Shown in pieces: positions 39,368 to 53,255 of a stretch of 64,000 nt of DNA; the stretch's first letter is position 1, and each line of letters starts with the position of its first letter. The notes under the pieces were generated by a model that worked only from the letters and a program-made list of their open reading frames with translations, was not told the DNA's origin and ran no database searches. A program made the translations under genes and the position numbers. The stretch is from assembly GCA_964016885.1 (NCBI GenBank), contig CAXHJY010001386.1:97388-161387 (forward strand), written 5' to 3'. This DNA comes from Eledone cirrhosa (taxonomy: Eukaryota).

Positions 39368-40285
39368 CTGTTGGTTCAGGACTAATCTGGAGTTAAACAA
39401 CAATAACTATTTCAGTGGTACTTTAACAACCCTGAATAGATTGAGTTACAATCTTTATTTGATGTTGTCTTAATATAAAAAAAACACTACCTATGATTTT
39501 CAAATAATATTGAAAATAATAAAAAATTTGAAGAAATTTAGAACTAACTTTTTCATTAGTAAACTTGTGTTTACTAACAACAGCTCTCACATAAATTATG
39601 ATGGAAGGTTTTTAGATAGATATAACTATTTTAAAAGAAACAGATTTGTATTGTAGAACCAGGGGTGATTTCAGGCAGGTTAATTTCAAAAGAGTTAAGC
39701 TTATTGAAACCAGTTAATTGATTTCTGAAAGCCAATTCATCTTTGCTCATGATAGTCACATTAATTTATAACAAAGTAGAAAAAGGAAAAGAAATTTAAA
39801 GTCCTAAAATGAAATCTTGAAGCTCAAAGTTTCATAAGTTCGTTGTGAAAAGAATAAGAAATGTTGGTATGTAAGTTCAAGGTTTGTGATGCCATCTATG
39901 TTTACTATCACTGATTTATATAGTAAAGTATTATATATAATCCATACAACAATTATAACCTTATTATGAAGGTTAGTTTGTTTTTCAGAATTAGTATAAT
40001 ACTGTAATCTTTATCAATTACTGTACTAAATCTGTTGGTTTTCATTTATTTGTTTGTTTATTTTTTTTTTTGCTCTGTTCTATAAAATATATTGTTTGGA
40101 GATGGCCAAGTGGTTATTAGTTATTGGACTACTCTTCATAGATCAGGAGTTTAAATCTACTGCAGAACTCACTAACTTAGCAGCTGGAGAATGTTATCTG
40201 TGACAAATTAGCATTCTTTCAAAGGAAAAAGATCTCCTCATCTAAGAGCTTCCTTACACTGTAGGATGAATTTATATATTTCATA

Positions 40286-41263
40286 CTAGCAGCATTACCC
40301 AGCGTTGCCTGGGTAGGTAAAGTAATATCTGCTTTGATGAAAAGGTGTTGATCTTGGTGACTGCTTCTTCGATGACTCATCTATGGCCACACACAGGCCA
40401 TGCGGAGGAGGGTGGTGATGACCTCTATCACTGAGAAACGCGGGTGACTGACGAAGGGGCATGCTGTGGAGGGAGGTAATGACCTCTAACACTAAGCCAA
40501 ATTTCCTCATGCTACTTGATTGGAAACTGATGAATTCTCAAATACACAACTAAAAGCTCAGACGACGTCAGTGGCCATCGTTTTGCCTTTGACCATCTAT
40601 AAGATGTGCAATGGTAGGTTCTATCGTAGTATAAAAGTTGAACCAAATAAATTAATTTATGTGTGAAGTGGAGCCGAAGTTTCGAATTTAAACGAAAGCG
40701 GTTGAAAAACGTGGGAGTTAGAGCCGAAAAGGCGGAAATTTGAGCGAAAAGGTGGTATTTTCGAATATTTAAGCGGCTGCCACGCCGTTCCTGAACAAAA
40801 AATCCAAAATCTGAAATAATCAGATCTAGCGTAGTGTAAAATTTGAACAAAGTAGGTTTATTGATGTGGGAGCTAGAGCCGAAAAAGTCGAAATTTGAGT
40901 CTAAAAGTGATATTTTTGAATGCGTCGTCTCTGAACAACAAATGCAAAATATAAAGTCATTACAGGATGTGCAATGATAAATTCTATTTTGCTTTAAAAT
41001 TTGAACGAAATCGGTGGCAAAATGTGGGAACTAGAGCCAAAAATCTTATTTTTCGATACCTAAAAAAAGGTGCCCTCCCCCCTATCAATTTTTATCTACA
41101 GAATGACCCCGGAATAAAAAAAAAACGATGCGCTGATATATAGAAAACACTCCCCGATGTCTAATCTATGAGCCTGTAAAGTTTCATGAAAATTGGTCGT
41201 AAGATGTAGGCCCCTATAGGTAATACACAGACACACATACTTAATTTTATATATATATATAGA
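40286..41263 (-). mobile_element. Non-autonomous Helitron with internal ~180-bp repeats
   Basis: Minus strand starts A|TCTATATATATATATAAAATT and ends CCCAGGCAACGCTGGG hairpin then CTAG|T; TGTGGGAG.TAGAGCC.AAAA occurs three times. Confidence 0.85.
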
Positions 41264-41482
41264 TTACAACCATGAAGTTCAATCAGTCAAACAGGCTGCC
41301 TTGCAGGCGGAACATTAAAGTATGCTAGAATACCGTGTATTTTAGAAGATTTAAGCTAAATACAGTGGAAAATGTTTACACGTCATTCTTTACATAATGA
41401 TGCCTCTAATTAAAAGAAAAATGTGATTATATCTAAATTTACCTTAAATCTTCTTTTTATGTGTATATATATATATATATGA

Positions 41483-41670
41483 TAATTGTTTCTACTTTTG
41501 GCACAAGGCCAGCAATTACCCAGTACATTACTGGTACTTTATTTTATTGACCCCGTAAGGATGAAAGGCAAAGTTAACCTCAACGGGATTTGAACTCAGA
41601 CCGTAAAGGGACGTAACTATGCTAGAAAGCATGGCATCCAACTCTCTACCGATACTGCCAATTCACCGCA
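41483..41670 (-). mobile_element. Full-length Nin/Deu SINE
   Basis: Reverse complement of the 16074/21278 family. Confidence 0.9.
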
Positions 41671-41674
41671 TGAT

Positions 41675-42070
41675 AATCATCACTGTTTAACATCCATTTT
41701 CCATGCTTGCATGGGTTAGATGGGTTGTCCACGACATAAGACAAGTCTGGCCAGATTGGTCCCAACATACTTTTCGCAGACAGAACTGTAAAATTTGGCC
41801 AGGGTTTTTACAGCTGGATGCCCTTCCTAACACCAACCATACCTACAGTGTGGAACTGGATGACACCATTATGAGGAGAGACAGGCCAGTTGGTTGCATC
41901 ATACCCTGCTTATAGCAGAACCAGTTTGCAGTGTGGAGCTGGATGGCACCGTTATGAGGATGAACAGGCCAGATGGCCATGCCATATTTTGGGAGCTACA
42001 ACCACATTTACAGTGTTGAACTGGATGGCACCATTATGACGAAGAACAGGCCAGTTGACCACACTGAACC
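41675..42070 (-). mobile_element. RTE 3' UTR variant with ~80-bp internal repeat x3
   Basis: RTE tail, then CAGTGTGGAACTGGATGGCACCATTATGAGGA..ACAGGCCAG three times. Confidence 0.75.
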
Positions 42071-42334
42071 GGGCTCATATATATACTGTTGTCTAGCATG
42101 AATATTGTATAAGGACAGCTTTGCTAATAAACTTAATGATACAATTTCTGTGTGATCACTTAGCAGCCAAGTCTCTTTTAAATTACACCTTATCTTTAAA
42201 AAAAAAGGACTCATTAGGTGATGTAGTCCTTGGTATATTGTCTGAATAAAAGATGGAACAAGCATGATTGGAACAATGGCCTGCTGAATTAGAACTAACA
42301 TCAAATAAATAAAACTGAAATATTTAAGACATCA

Positions 42335-42475
42335 AATTAGCAGAGTTGTTAGAACGTTTGATAGTGCTTTGTGGAATTCATTTCTGCTCTCTGTTTGAAT
42401 CCCACTGAGGTCAACTTTGCCTTTCATCCATTCGATGTTGATAAAAAAATGTACCAGTCTAGTATTGGGGTTGAT
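42335..42475 (+). mobile_element. Degenerate Nin/Deu SINE
   Basis: GAGGTCAACTTTGCCTTTCATCC...GTACCAGT. Confidence 0.7.
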
Positions 42476-42689
42476 TCTTTCTCTATATTTCTTTCTTAAT
42501 TCCTCTCTCTCATTTTCTATCTTTCTCTGGAAGAAATCTGCTGTATTTAAACCTAGAAAGGAGATTAGCTCTGCCAGGTTTAACAAATGCCATAGAAACA
42601 CTGTATGTCAATACAGTGCCCCTACAACTCCCTTGAGTTATGGGACCATGCATGCATTTAAGATGTTGATGAGACATCATAACCATTGA

Positions 42690-44125
42690 CCTTTTACCAA
42701 CAAGTCTCTTGTTTAGTTGAATATATTTTCATTTCCTGTTACATCTTCCTTTAGATAGGTAGCTTTCAATGCAGCTTGTGGAGTCCACGTTTTGCTCCTA
42801 CATACACACACCCATATATTCATCATCACATCTGCTCTTTCATGTTTGCATTGGATGAACTGGTCCTCTCCAAAATGTTTTGCCACATGTGCTCTTTTGT
42901 CAGGTTTAGCATGCGGAGATCAGTTTTCACAACTTCTACCCTTGTCTTCCTTGGCTTTCCTCTTCCATGGTTTCCTTTCATTTAGAATTATGCTTTGCAT
43001 CTCTCAATTCATATATGTTTTGTTGTTTATGCACACTAATGTTACACACCGAGTAGAGTATGCTTGCTTCATTTCTTTCCAGCCTTCATATATCCCCTGC
43101 CTTCAATACTCATGCTTCATTACCTTGCAACATTACAGTATGTACACAAGTATAATACAATCTCACTTTTGCTTGAAGAGAGAGCATCTCTTTGTTACCA
43201 GCTGAGGCAACAGCTCCCCGAACATTTTTCCATAACGACCAGAATAACTGTAATAAACAGAGGTAGGGGTGGGTGTGTTTGGGGGCTGAGCTTGAACACC
43301 TTGCATATTAAATTCTTTGCTAAACTCATTGCCAACTTTTACTTTATTGATGGCATTTTTATACATGGTTTGTACCACTCTTACATGCTATTCATTTACA
43401 CTTGGTTTCCTTAATTCTTAACATCATATATCACATGAAATTACATTAGCAAGACATTCTTGTAACGTCCAATCTACAATATGGTTGAATCACATTAAAA
43501 ATTCATCTTTACTCTAAAATTGCAAATATTAACAACAACAATCTATCCACAAGTAAAGTTACTATAAATATTTGAATTTACAAATACGTTTTTAGGTATT
43601 TTTTGCTGAAGCATTAAAGACCACAGACTAAGATGTGTGGAACCCTGTCAAAGGCCTTCTCTAAATGGCTGATACAGATATAGTGGCTTACTCTGAGCTA
43701 AGAACTTCTCTCTATGAGAAGGGCAGTACTAATTGCCTAACACAAATCGAAACTGCATTTCATTTAATTCTCATCTTAATCTGTTAACCAAGATGATGAA
43801 GTCACTTTCATGTCTACAAGAGGACTTCATAGTACCACACTTTTTGCACATCAGAGAGTCAACTTGTACATAGATAAATCACTAATCTTGCTTATAACTA
43901 GTCTAAGTTTAAATATTCTGTCACTTACCCGAACCACCTCAGTTACATTATCTGTCCATTTCTCTGCCAATAGTATGCCTACTCCATCTTCTGTTTTTTT
44001 CCATCCAGAAGCATTTACACCCGTGAGGAGGCTAGCTAAGGCTGTCCTCCATCTCATCTCTTGCACAGAGCACACACCTACTAGCCTCCATTTTACTCCC
44101 TACTTAGATGGGTTGCCTTCATTGT
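42690..44125 (-). mobile_element. Ancient, internally deleted RTE LINE
   Basis: SVQEMRWR and GVGILLAEKWTDNVTEVVRVSDRI (APE); LEKAFDRVPH; decayed C-terminal region. Confidence 0.75.
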
Positions 44126-44669
44126 GACTTGTAGAGTCCACATTTTCTTCAAGCAGATTTTCAATCTTAGTCTACAACATTTAAAATAAGAGTTCTGGGA
44201 TCACTGGATTGTAGAGAAAAGATCAGAGAATTGAGTTTAGGTGAGAGAGAGGAAGGGAGAAAGTTGTGTGTTTTGTATATACTATATACTAATACTCAGG
44301 CATCATTTATTCATTCATAGGTATTCTTGAAAATTGAAATTAAGCTCCAAACCTTCATCCGAATTTGTTCATAGTTATATGAATTTTAAATGAAACAGAA
44401 ATGTAAAAATAATAATAATAGCAACAACAAAATAATAAATCTTATGATAGCTCAGCCTTTCAGCGCAAGTTTCATATTTGATTTATTTTTTAATTTTATT
44501 AATATTTTTTCTCATTTGTATCAAATATATTTTTTTATTTATTCATTAAATTTTGTTTGTGTGTTTTTATGGTTTTAGTTGATGAGGATCTTCCAATGCG
44601 ATCTCTCTATCTCTTCCCTTTCTCTTCTTTGTGTAGTTTTACTGCTGACTGCAGTCAAGGTTATATGAT

Positions 44670-44790
44670 ACACGTACATTCACACACATGCGCACACACA
44701 TATACATGTGTGTATATGTATGTATATGTATGTATCTATGCATATCTGTGCGTAAATTGTGTGTGTACATATGTATGTATGCGTCTGTTC

Positions 44791-44832
<42 letters not shown>

Positions 44833-45237
44833 CTGTGTATTGAATTGAAATCATATTTTAATAGATTCTTACCATTTTTCTTTCAAGCCAGACCACCCAC
44901 CTTCCTACCCACTTACCTACCTAACCACTAACCTACCTTTCTTTTTGCTATTCTTGGTTCTAGCAACTTCTTAATAATATAACATTGACATAATGGCATA
45001 GAGTAACAGACATCACTGACATTCTCCTCCTCCTCCCCAGCTTGTCCTCGTTATGGCAGCAGCAATTACAACAGCACCAACATACTGTTTGTTTTCTACC
45101 AATTCCCCTGTCCTATTTACATACTAATTCACTATTGATCATTGGCTTTGTCACTCCCCTCTCTGTCTGTCTCTCTATCTATCTCTCTTTCTGTCTGTCT
45201 ATCTGTGTGTGTGCGTGTGTGTGTGCGTGCGTGTGTG

Positions 45238-45269
<32 letters not shown>

Positions 45270-45580
45270 CGTGTGCGCGTGTATCTTAAGCTCTCACTCG
45301 AACAAAGCTCCTCATTTTGGAATTGTTTTAATATTTCATAATTTTTCATGCTCTCTGTTTTCTTCGTTCTTTCTCTTTGCCCCCCCCCCACCCTCCCTCT
45401 CATTCTGCCGTGCAACATTTTTGCAGCGATATAGTTGTAGTTATCACTTCCACCAGAGCGCCAAAGCTAATTATCTACTAATCTATTGTACCTAGGTACA
45501 CACAAACATAATCACCATACATACACATATACTACACTCTTATTTTCATACATGCATTCATGCATATCTATTGATCTACA

Positions 45581-45643
<63 letters not shown>

Positions 45644-46500
45644 GAGAGAGAGAGACATATATGAAAATACATATGCATCGATATACTCTACACCTATATA
45701 AAAACGTGTATACACCCCCACACACCTTTTGTTGTCACCTATCATTTCCTTCCAGTTACATTAGATTCCCATTCTGCACACATCTCAATGAAATGAAATT
45801 ATTTTGTCTTCTATGTTTCACCTATAATGTTGCTGTTGGGTCTGTGACTGTGGTAATCATGTGTTGCTGCAATCACATATGCATTGTTTAGTGCTGCTGT
45901 TGTTGTTCTCATTATTGTAGCAGTAGTGTCACAGGAGTTATTGTAACATTAGTTACACAAGTGGTAGTGGTGGTTTTGTTGTTAGTGGTGATTATAGTAG
46001 TAGTAAAAACGTTAGTGTAGCAATAATAATAGTAGTAGTAGTAATAACTGTTTCTGCTTTTGGCACAAGGCCAGCAATTACCCAGTACATTATTGGTACT
46101 TTATTTTATCGACCCCGTAAGGATGAAAGGCAAAGTTAACCTCGGCGGGATTTGAACTCAGAATGGCAAGGGCCGTAACTCTATGCGTCAAAGCAAGGCG
46201 TCCGACGTAGTAGTAGTAATAACTGTTTCTACTTTAGGCACAAGGCCATAGCAATAACAGTTGTAGTAATAGAACCACAACAGCACGTGTAGTGGCAGTA
46301 GTAACACATTGCGTTTAGTAGCATCGTAGTCATAGTAACACCTGTGTTGTAGTAGTAACGTATATTTAGTAATAGTAGTAGAAACACATATGTAATAGTA
46401 GTAGTAATAGTAACATATGTGTATTGGTAGTAACACATGTGTAGTAGTAGTACTAGAAAGGTATATCTAGTAGTAGTAACATAGCATCACCATATGTAGT
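44670..46500. repeat. Microsatellite cluster: (TA)n, (TG)n, (TAG)n
   Basis: Directly visible. Confidence 0.9.
46043..46247 (-). mobile_element. Nin/Deu SINE plus a short second 3'-end piece within (TAG)n
   Basis: 46043-46206 matches the family; GTAGTAGTAATAACTGTTTCT.CTTT.GGCACAAGGCCA is repeated at ~46210-46248. Confidence 0.85.
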
Positions 46501-47996
46501 AGTATTGGAGATCTATATAATAGTTTTAGTGCCAACTGTGAGAGTTTGTCAGGTCTATTTGCCTTAGATTTCAGTGCAGCTCTAATTCCTTACAGTAAAT
46601 CTCTATCTCTTTCCCTCTTATGCTTTTTGTTGTAGGGTGCAACATAATTTGTTCTTAAGTTGTAGCATGATTGATAGGGACACAACTCTACTTACCAGTA
46701 ACCCACAGTCACTATTTCATACACACACATCTCCATAGTCATTTGCACCTACACAGGCTCCTATAGACTTACTATATCACTACTGTTGTTACTGCAGCAG
46801 TTTCTGCTCTTCTGTCCAGATCTTTTCCTCCTGACACATACATCTACCTGCCCCTTTTACTAGATCCTATACTAAACAACTTTACTGACCTTCAAGCTTG
46901 CACTATTTGTAGATTTATTTCTACAACCATTTCTCCAAATCTGTGGTCATCAACCATGCTAACCTCCTTCTGTTGTAATTCACCAATGTATGAAGACCTT
47001 AAAATAACTTATGAAAACTGATTTTCTTTTTTGAAGTTACTTAAATGACCACATATTTCTTATGAAAAACACTGCCTATGATTTTTTAAATAACTTTGAA
47101 AACAATTTTTTTTTTTATTAAGCTGATGTTTGTAACATAACTTAACAAACAGGTTTATATCATAAAACCAGGTGTGGTTACAGGTGGTTTGAGATCAAAG
47201 AGAGTTATTGTATATTTTCAATTCCTGTTTTATTTCATCACCAAAGACTTGATATTTGGATTTATTGATTCACCACCACACTGTTTTTAAACTGCAGGCA
47301 TGACAGATTAGTTAAGAATTTCACTGTGCAATCACAAAGTCTCTCGCTTGATCACACTTTGATTTCTTCACAAGTATCTTTACAATAGCCTCAGATAGAA
47401 ATAAACTGTGTGGAAGCCCATTAGATGGATAAAACCTGTAATTCAAAGGTTCAGTCTTGTCATATATTGTGTTATGCTGATTTAGCTTGTGAATTACGTT
47501 AACGGTACATGTATCTGTGGGATACTCAACCACTTACATGTTAGTTCACGAGTTGGACATTTAGTTAGTTGATTGGACAAGTGATGCCCTTTGCCACAAC
47601 TGACAGATGATCCTTCCACCATTGTTCTTGCAATGTTATACTTTTTAATACCAAGATATAAAGACACATAACTGGTGTCTTCTGTCACAATTGACTTTCT
47701 TCGTTTTTTTAATCATTAACCAAATAAATGACTAGAATTTTTCTGGATGGGCTGCTAGTATATTGTTAGTTATTTTCCCCAGAAAGTACTTCAAATTGGG
47801 TGGTGTCAACTGTCTCAAATGGCCATTTTTGGTTTCTGTAGCATTATTAATGAGATAAGAAGTAAGTATTTCTTTGCTCATCTATAAGTTGTCAATTTTC
47901 TCCCCCAAATCTGATAGCTGTTCTCCAGTGAGGCAAACTGGTGCATATAGAATTAAATATTTGCCTTGGTCATTGAAACATGTACAGTGCAATATA

Positions 47997-48260
47997 AGCA
48001 TGTGGCATTATGGTTATGTTTTTTAGCTCATGATTTTAAGTTGTGGATTTGATTCTCAGACTGGGGAGTGTGTTGTGTTCTTGAGCAAGATATTTCTTCT
48101 CACCTAGCTCTAATCCACTCAACTGAAAAGAAATGTGTACCAGAAGCAGCTGGAGGTTAACTATGCGACTAACTGGCATCCCATCCAGAGGAGTATTTGT
48201 GCTCTCAATCGCTTAACACCAAGGAAACCAGGAAATGCTCCAGCTTCATAAGCCTTTGAT
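47997..48260 (+). mobile_element. tRNA-derived SINE (3910 family)
   Basis: GTGTTCTTGAGCAAGATATT...CCACTCAACTG...GCAGCTGGAGGTTAAC, shared with 37265. Confidence 0.72.
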
Positions 48261-49290
48261 CTGATCTTGGGCTTAGTAACTAATTCAAAACTTTTGAAAC
48301 AGGCACTGGCAATCTGTCTCTCTTGCCAAGTGGAAGTTAACCCAAGTATCTAGAAGCTGACAGAAACCTCCTCCTGCTGCTATTACTCATCTCAGCAAAC
48401 CATATAGATGGTGTTTGTTTAAAATGCAAAGTTGACATATGAGTGAGATTTAGTTGCTATTTTGACATTGTATTCAATTTAATGTTCCCCCACCACACCC
48501 CTAGTGTCAAATAGATCAAAGATAAACTGCTTCTTGGATAGGACATCTGATTCAACATTGTAGATGGACAAACTACTCATTATTTTTACAATTACCTTGT
48601 TTCCTTCGGCACCCCATGAGGCCTACTTCCCGCTAGGAGGAACTGGACCATTGAAAGTTAAATATCTAAAGTTCATGTACAGTACTTAACCTTGTGTCAG
48701 TGATTATTATTATTTATCCTTATATCTAATCCAGCAGATCGATTATTAGTGTTCCCATTATGATCATCACAGTGTGTAGTCAGACTTGGTATATGTATGT
48801 CTACATCAAAGGTTCTCAACGGGGGGCATATGCACCCCCCAGGGGGCGTTTTGGAACTCCAGGGGGGCGTTTGGGAGCAAGGGGGCATTAGGGGGCGTTT
48901 GGAGCTTTGGAGTGCACTGGAAGGCTCTTTACTTCGGTAAGTTTTATAAGCCATATTTGTATGTCTTTGAGACAGCCAGTGTGAATGCATTTGAATGAGC
49001 ATGCAGACAGCATAACTATAGTCTGGTCGCAGCTGTGAGCAGGTGTGCAGGCGTGTTTAGACATTACCCGGCAATTGAGATCCTAACAATGGAAAAACCC
49101 AGTCAACTGGGTCAAGGACACTTCAAGCGCAGCCAGTTAGAATCTTGTCTTTCCTTCACCGATAACAATGTATTTCATGTCTGAAATTATTGACTCAATC
49201 GTAACGAGTTAACACTATGTAGATCTATTTTATTTCCTATTGTATAAATAATATTACAAATAAAAAAAATCAAAAAAAATCCCAGAAGCG

Positions 49291-49722
49291 GGTAGCACAC
49301 ACATCTAGGACCACATACAACACATAATCAGATAATACACACATCTAGGACAACATACAACACATAAGGAGGTAATACACACATATAGGACCACATACAA
49401 CACATAAGCAGGTAATGCACACATCTAGGACCACATGCAACACATAAGGAGGTAGCACACACATCTAAGACCACATACAACACACAGGCAAGTAATACAT
49501 ACATTTAGGACCACATACAACACATAAGCAGGTAATACAAACATCTAGGACCACATACAACACATAATCAGGTAATACAAACATCTAGGACCACATACAA
49601 CACATAATCAGGTAATAGATACATCTAGGACCACATGCAATACATAGGTAATACATACATCTAGGACTACCTACAACGCACAGGCAGGTAATACATACAT
49701 CTAGGACCAAATACAACACACA
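49291..49722. repeat. ~40-bp minisatellite, about 11 copies, inside the hAT element
   Basis: GGTAATACACACATCTAGGACCACATACAACACATAAGCA and variants. Confidence 0.95.
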
Positions 49723-50785
49723 TTGTATCATGTGCTACGGACGACGCAAGAGCAATGGTCGGCCAACATAAGGGTTTCGTCACTCTTCTGAAGAGAGAAA
49801 ATCTATCTGTATTTGTTGTTCATTGTGTCATTCATCGACAACACTTGGCTGTGAAGAAACTCAGCAAGCCACTGAGTAAGTCCTTGCAGGTGGCCCCTAA
49901 TGTCATCAATTTTATCAAACGGCATTCCCTCAGTGAACGAATTTTCCGGCAACTGTGCCAAGATAATGACGAAGAATTCGTCAAGTTGCTCCTTCATAAT
50001 GAAGTGAGGTGGCTTTCAAAGGGCAAGTGCCTTACTCACTTCTTTGAACTGTTCGACTCTATCATTGAGTTTCTGCAAGGACGCAACACAGAACTGTACA
50101 AGAAAACCCTCGATATGAGGCAAAACTGCGCCTACCTCACCGACATCGTTGACAAATGCATTAGCGTCATTTTGGTTTTGCAGGCGAAGAAGATCATCTT
50201 GCTTAAACAAGGAATGCTGTGAAAACATTCCTGGCCAAATTGAATGTCATCGAAAGGAATCTTTGTTGATGGGAATTCTATAATTTTCCTAGTGTCGCCA
50301 ATGTTCAAAACATTGTAAGTGATGACCAACTCCAAATGTATACCGCTCACCTCCGTGCGCTACAAGACAACATGAGAGAACAGTTTGTCAACCTTTTGCC
50401 GATGGACATCCCAATGTGGGTAGCAGATCCCTTCATAGCTAACGTCGATGATTTGGACGTTATATTTCAGGAAGAATTCATTGAACTTTAAGCAGATGAC
50501 ATGATCAAAATTAGATTTCCCAAAATAGGTGAACCTCTTTTTTGGATGCAAGAGGAAATTCAGCGTCGATTTCCACACCTACATGCAGAGGCTAAGAGAT
50601 TTGCTCTGCCTTTTCCAAGCTCATACTTAGTCAAGAGGAGGTTTGGTGCTGTTTCCAGACTGCACAGTAAGGCTCGCAGCCGCTACAATGAAATTACATG
50701 TGGAGATTTCCGGCTACATCTTAGGAAAATCCAGCCTGACATCAAAGAGTTAGCTAGACTCCATGAAGTTCAAGGGTCCCATTGA
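49723..50785 (+). pseudogene. hAT transposase C-terminal half, frameshifted
   Basis: CATDDARAM, HCVIHRQHL, VRWLSKG, and PFPSSYLVKRRF (K where the catalytic E is expected). Confidence 0.9.
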
Positions 50786-52705
50786 AATGAAGTTAAAGTA
50801 AGTTGATTTATCCGAAAACTTAGATATGCTATTGTTACAAAGAAAACTAACAATTTTTTTTATTTGTAGTTGCAGTCTGACTGGACTGGAAACCATCTAC
50901 TACATTTCACTTACTCATTTGTTGTATATATTTTACCATTTACTAATAAATATACCATCCCGCGTGGTCATGAAAAACCCTCTTCCGTGGTCTCTAAGCT
51001 CACAAAGCAGAGGGGACATCAAGTTAGATATCAACATTTATCCTGTTCATTTCATTAAAGGGAAAATTGGAAAGCTTTGAAATGATATAATTGCCACTTT
51101 CTTCCAGATAAGAGCACTCTTTGGATAGAGTTGCTCTTGTATAAAGGTTCAAAATAGCTGGTATCGCCTGGTGGGAATATAACAAATTCAATTGGTCCTT
51201 ATTCATAAAAAAGAACATTTATGTTCTTTTTTTTGAAATTTATATATTTCCTTTCAAGGAATGTATTTATACTCTCAGCTGCCTGCAATGGTATCTTTGG
51301 AATATTGTTAATCAATTTTTTAGTAATCTACAGATATCAAAATCACTAGTATATTGAAAAATGGAAAAATAGGGTAGGGGGCCGTTTCGGGATTTTGAGG
51401 GACAAAAGGGGGCGTTTGGCCTAAATGGGTTGAGAACCTGTGGTCTACATTATCCAATGTGTCCTTTCTTAAGATGACAAGTGGTCATTTGAGGGAGATT
51501 TAGCTGGTAGTTTCACATTAACATGGATGGCCATTTCATTTTTCTACACTAACTATTGTGTCTCTTATTTAAACTTAGTATATCTAAGACTACATTTTCC
51601 AATGTGATCTTCTTTTTTTTAAATGGCAGGGGATAATTCAAAGGAGATATGGCTTTAACGTCTAGTAGGTTTTGTAAACACTTAAAAGCTCCTTTCCAGG
51701 TTCATATACAATATAGTAACTTATTGAGGTGGACAAAATAAAATCAAAAGATGAAAATATCATTCTGTTGGTGATAATGGCATGTTGACCAATAGGAATT
51801 GTAAATATTACTTAGATTTTTTTTTGGGGGGGGTGATATTCTGTAGCATTATAGATCTCTATTTGATCAGGGAAGGTTTAACTTAATCCCTATTTCACAT
51901 CTATATCATAGATGCCAACGGTACTGTTATCATTTACAGATAGTAGGAGGTAGGAAGTGATGCTCATTATTATTTTAGAAGTACAATAAATAGATGTTGA
52001 CTGTTAAATAGGTTGATGAGTAATCAATAGCAAGGCATTAAATAGCTCTGATGCAGCTGCTATGATGAAGTGTGTTGGATTGAAAAAGCTATTTGTGTTT
52101 GTTGTGGTTCACTGGGTGTGATTGGTAAATTTTGATATCTAGACAATAACTGGATATGCAGTCAGCTGATCGGGAGAATATTTCTATGGCTGGTATGACA
52201 TGTGAAGCAGAAATTTATTGAAAAACTGTATGGTAGTGACTTAAACAATCTATTTGTTGGCTAGCATGAGAATTGGACTTATGTATGTGTTATGTTTTGT
52301 GCGTATTATTGGGCTAATACATGCAGGGTAGCTAATTGTTGATGTGGTCAGATAATGATAATAATAGTGGTGGTTCTAACAGTGAAATAGGTGGTGGTAG
52401 TGGTGGAGATAGTGATAGATAACTGTGTGAAAAACATTACATGTTGCTAGGAATAAAGTAGTTGGATCAGATCTGATAAAAAAGCTAAGCCTCGTCACTG
52501 AAATGATGAATTATAGAAATGGATTGAGAGATGATGGTTTAGAGTCCGTGTCAGTATGTACTGTGGCTGGCAGCAACCAGAAACAGCTATGATATCAATG
52601 TTGCTACTGCTGTTAACCTAACACACTGAGTCAATAAATGATATTTATGGAATAAACATGCCCTTGATTGCTAGTATATTTCCCAACTGGTCTTTAATCT
52701 GTCTT

Positions 52706-53255
52706 TAATAATAATGAAATGTTGTGTACAGTGCTCAGGTGCACTACAACTCATCAAAAAGTGTATGTATAGTACATAGGGTAATGTACAAACGTCAGGA
52801 AAATGAACAGTGCATGAGTCATGATATACACGTGTGCATGTGTATGGCAGGGGTACATCAGGTGTAGTTTTGGCATATTTCGGGAAGCATGAGTGTTTTA
52901 AAGGATGCAGTGTCTCGGCAGCTAACAACTGATGCAGGCAGTTTGTTCCATGCTTCAGCAACTCCGAGCGTGAAAAAATGTTTACGAAAGTCATGGGAGC
53001 TGTGCTGTTTTCTGATTTTGTAGGCATGTCCACGTGTGTTAGACACATGGAGATCAAAGAGGTGCTCAGGGTTGTTGTTGGCGAGATGGTTAATAACTTT
53101 GTGGGTGTTTACCAAGTCCATTGCCAGACGTTGGAGCTTCAATGAATCCATGCCCAGGGAAGCAAGGCGTTCAGAGTATGGTAGGTGTCTGATGGAGGGT
53201 ATGCGCTTGGTTGCACGTCTCTGAACAGTTTCCAGGAGGTCAATGTTCTGAGCAA
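52706..53255 (-). mobile_element. CR1-clade LINE 3' end
   Basis: LLETVQRRATKRIP..PYSERLASLG..TRGH..FF....WNKLP; (ATT)n tail. Confidence 0.9.

Larger units (their letters stand above)
48807..51442 (+). mobile_element. hAT DNA transposon (Charlie/Buster group), internally rearranged, non-autonomous
   Basis: TIRs CAAAGGTTCTCAAC and GTTGAGAACCTGTG (13/14 match); perfect 8-bp TSD GTCTACAT (48799-48806 and 51443-51450). Confidence 0.95.

Noticed and set aside
47321-47533. 70-aa minus-strand ORF
   Set aside because: Largely overlaps a SINE tail; no recognisable protein.
48595-48670. Minus-strand exon candidate ending AAG|GTAATT
   Set aside because: Stops in all three frames from the nearest good acceptor.
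49291-49722. CRISPR-like array
   Set aside because: Contiguous tandem units with no unique spacers, no cas genes, and a eukaryotic TE context.
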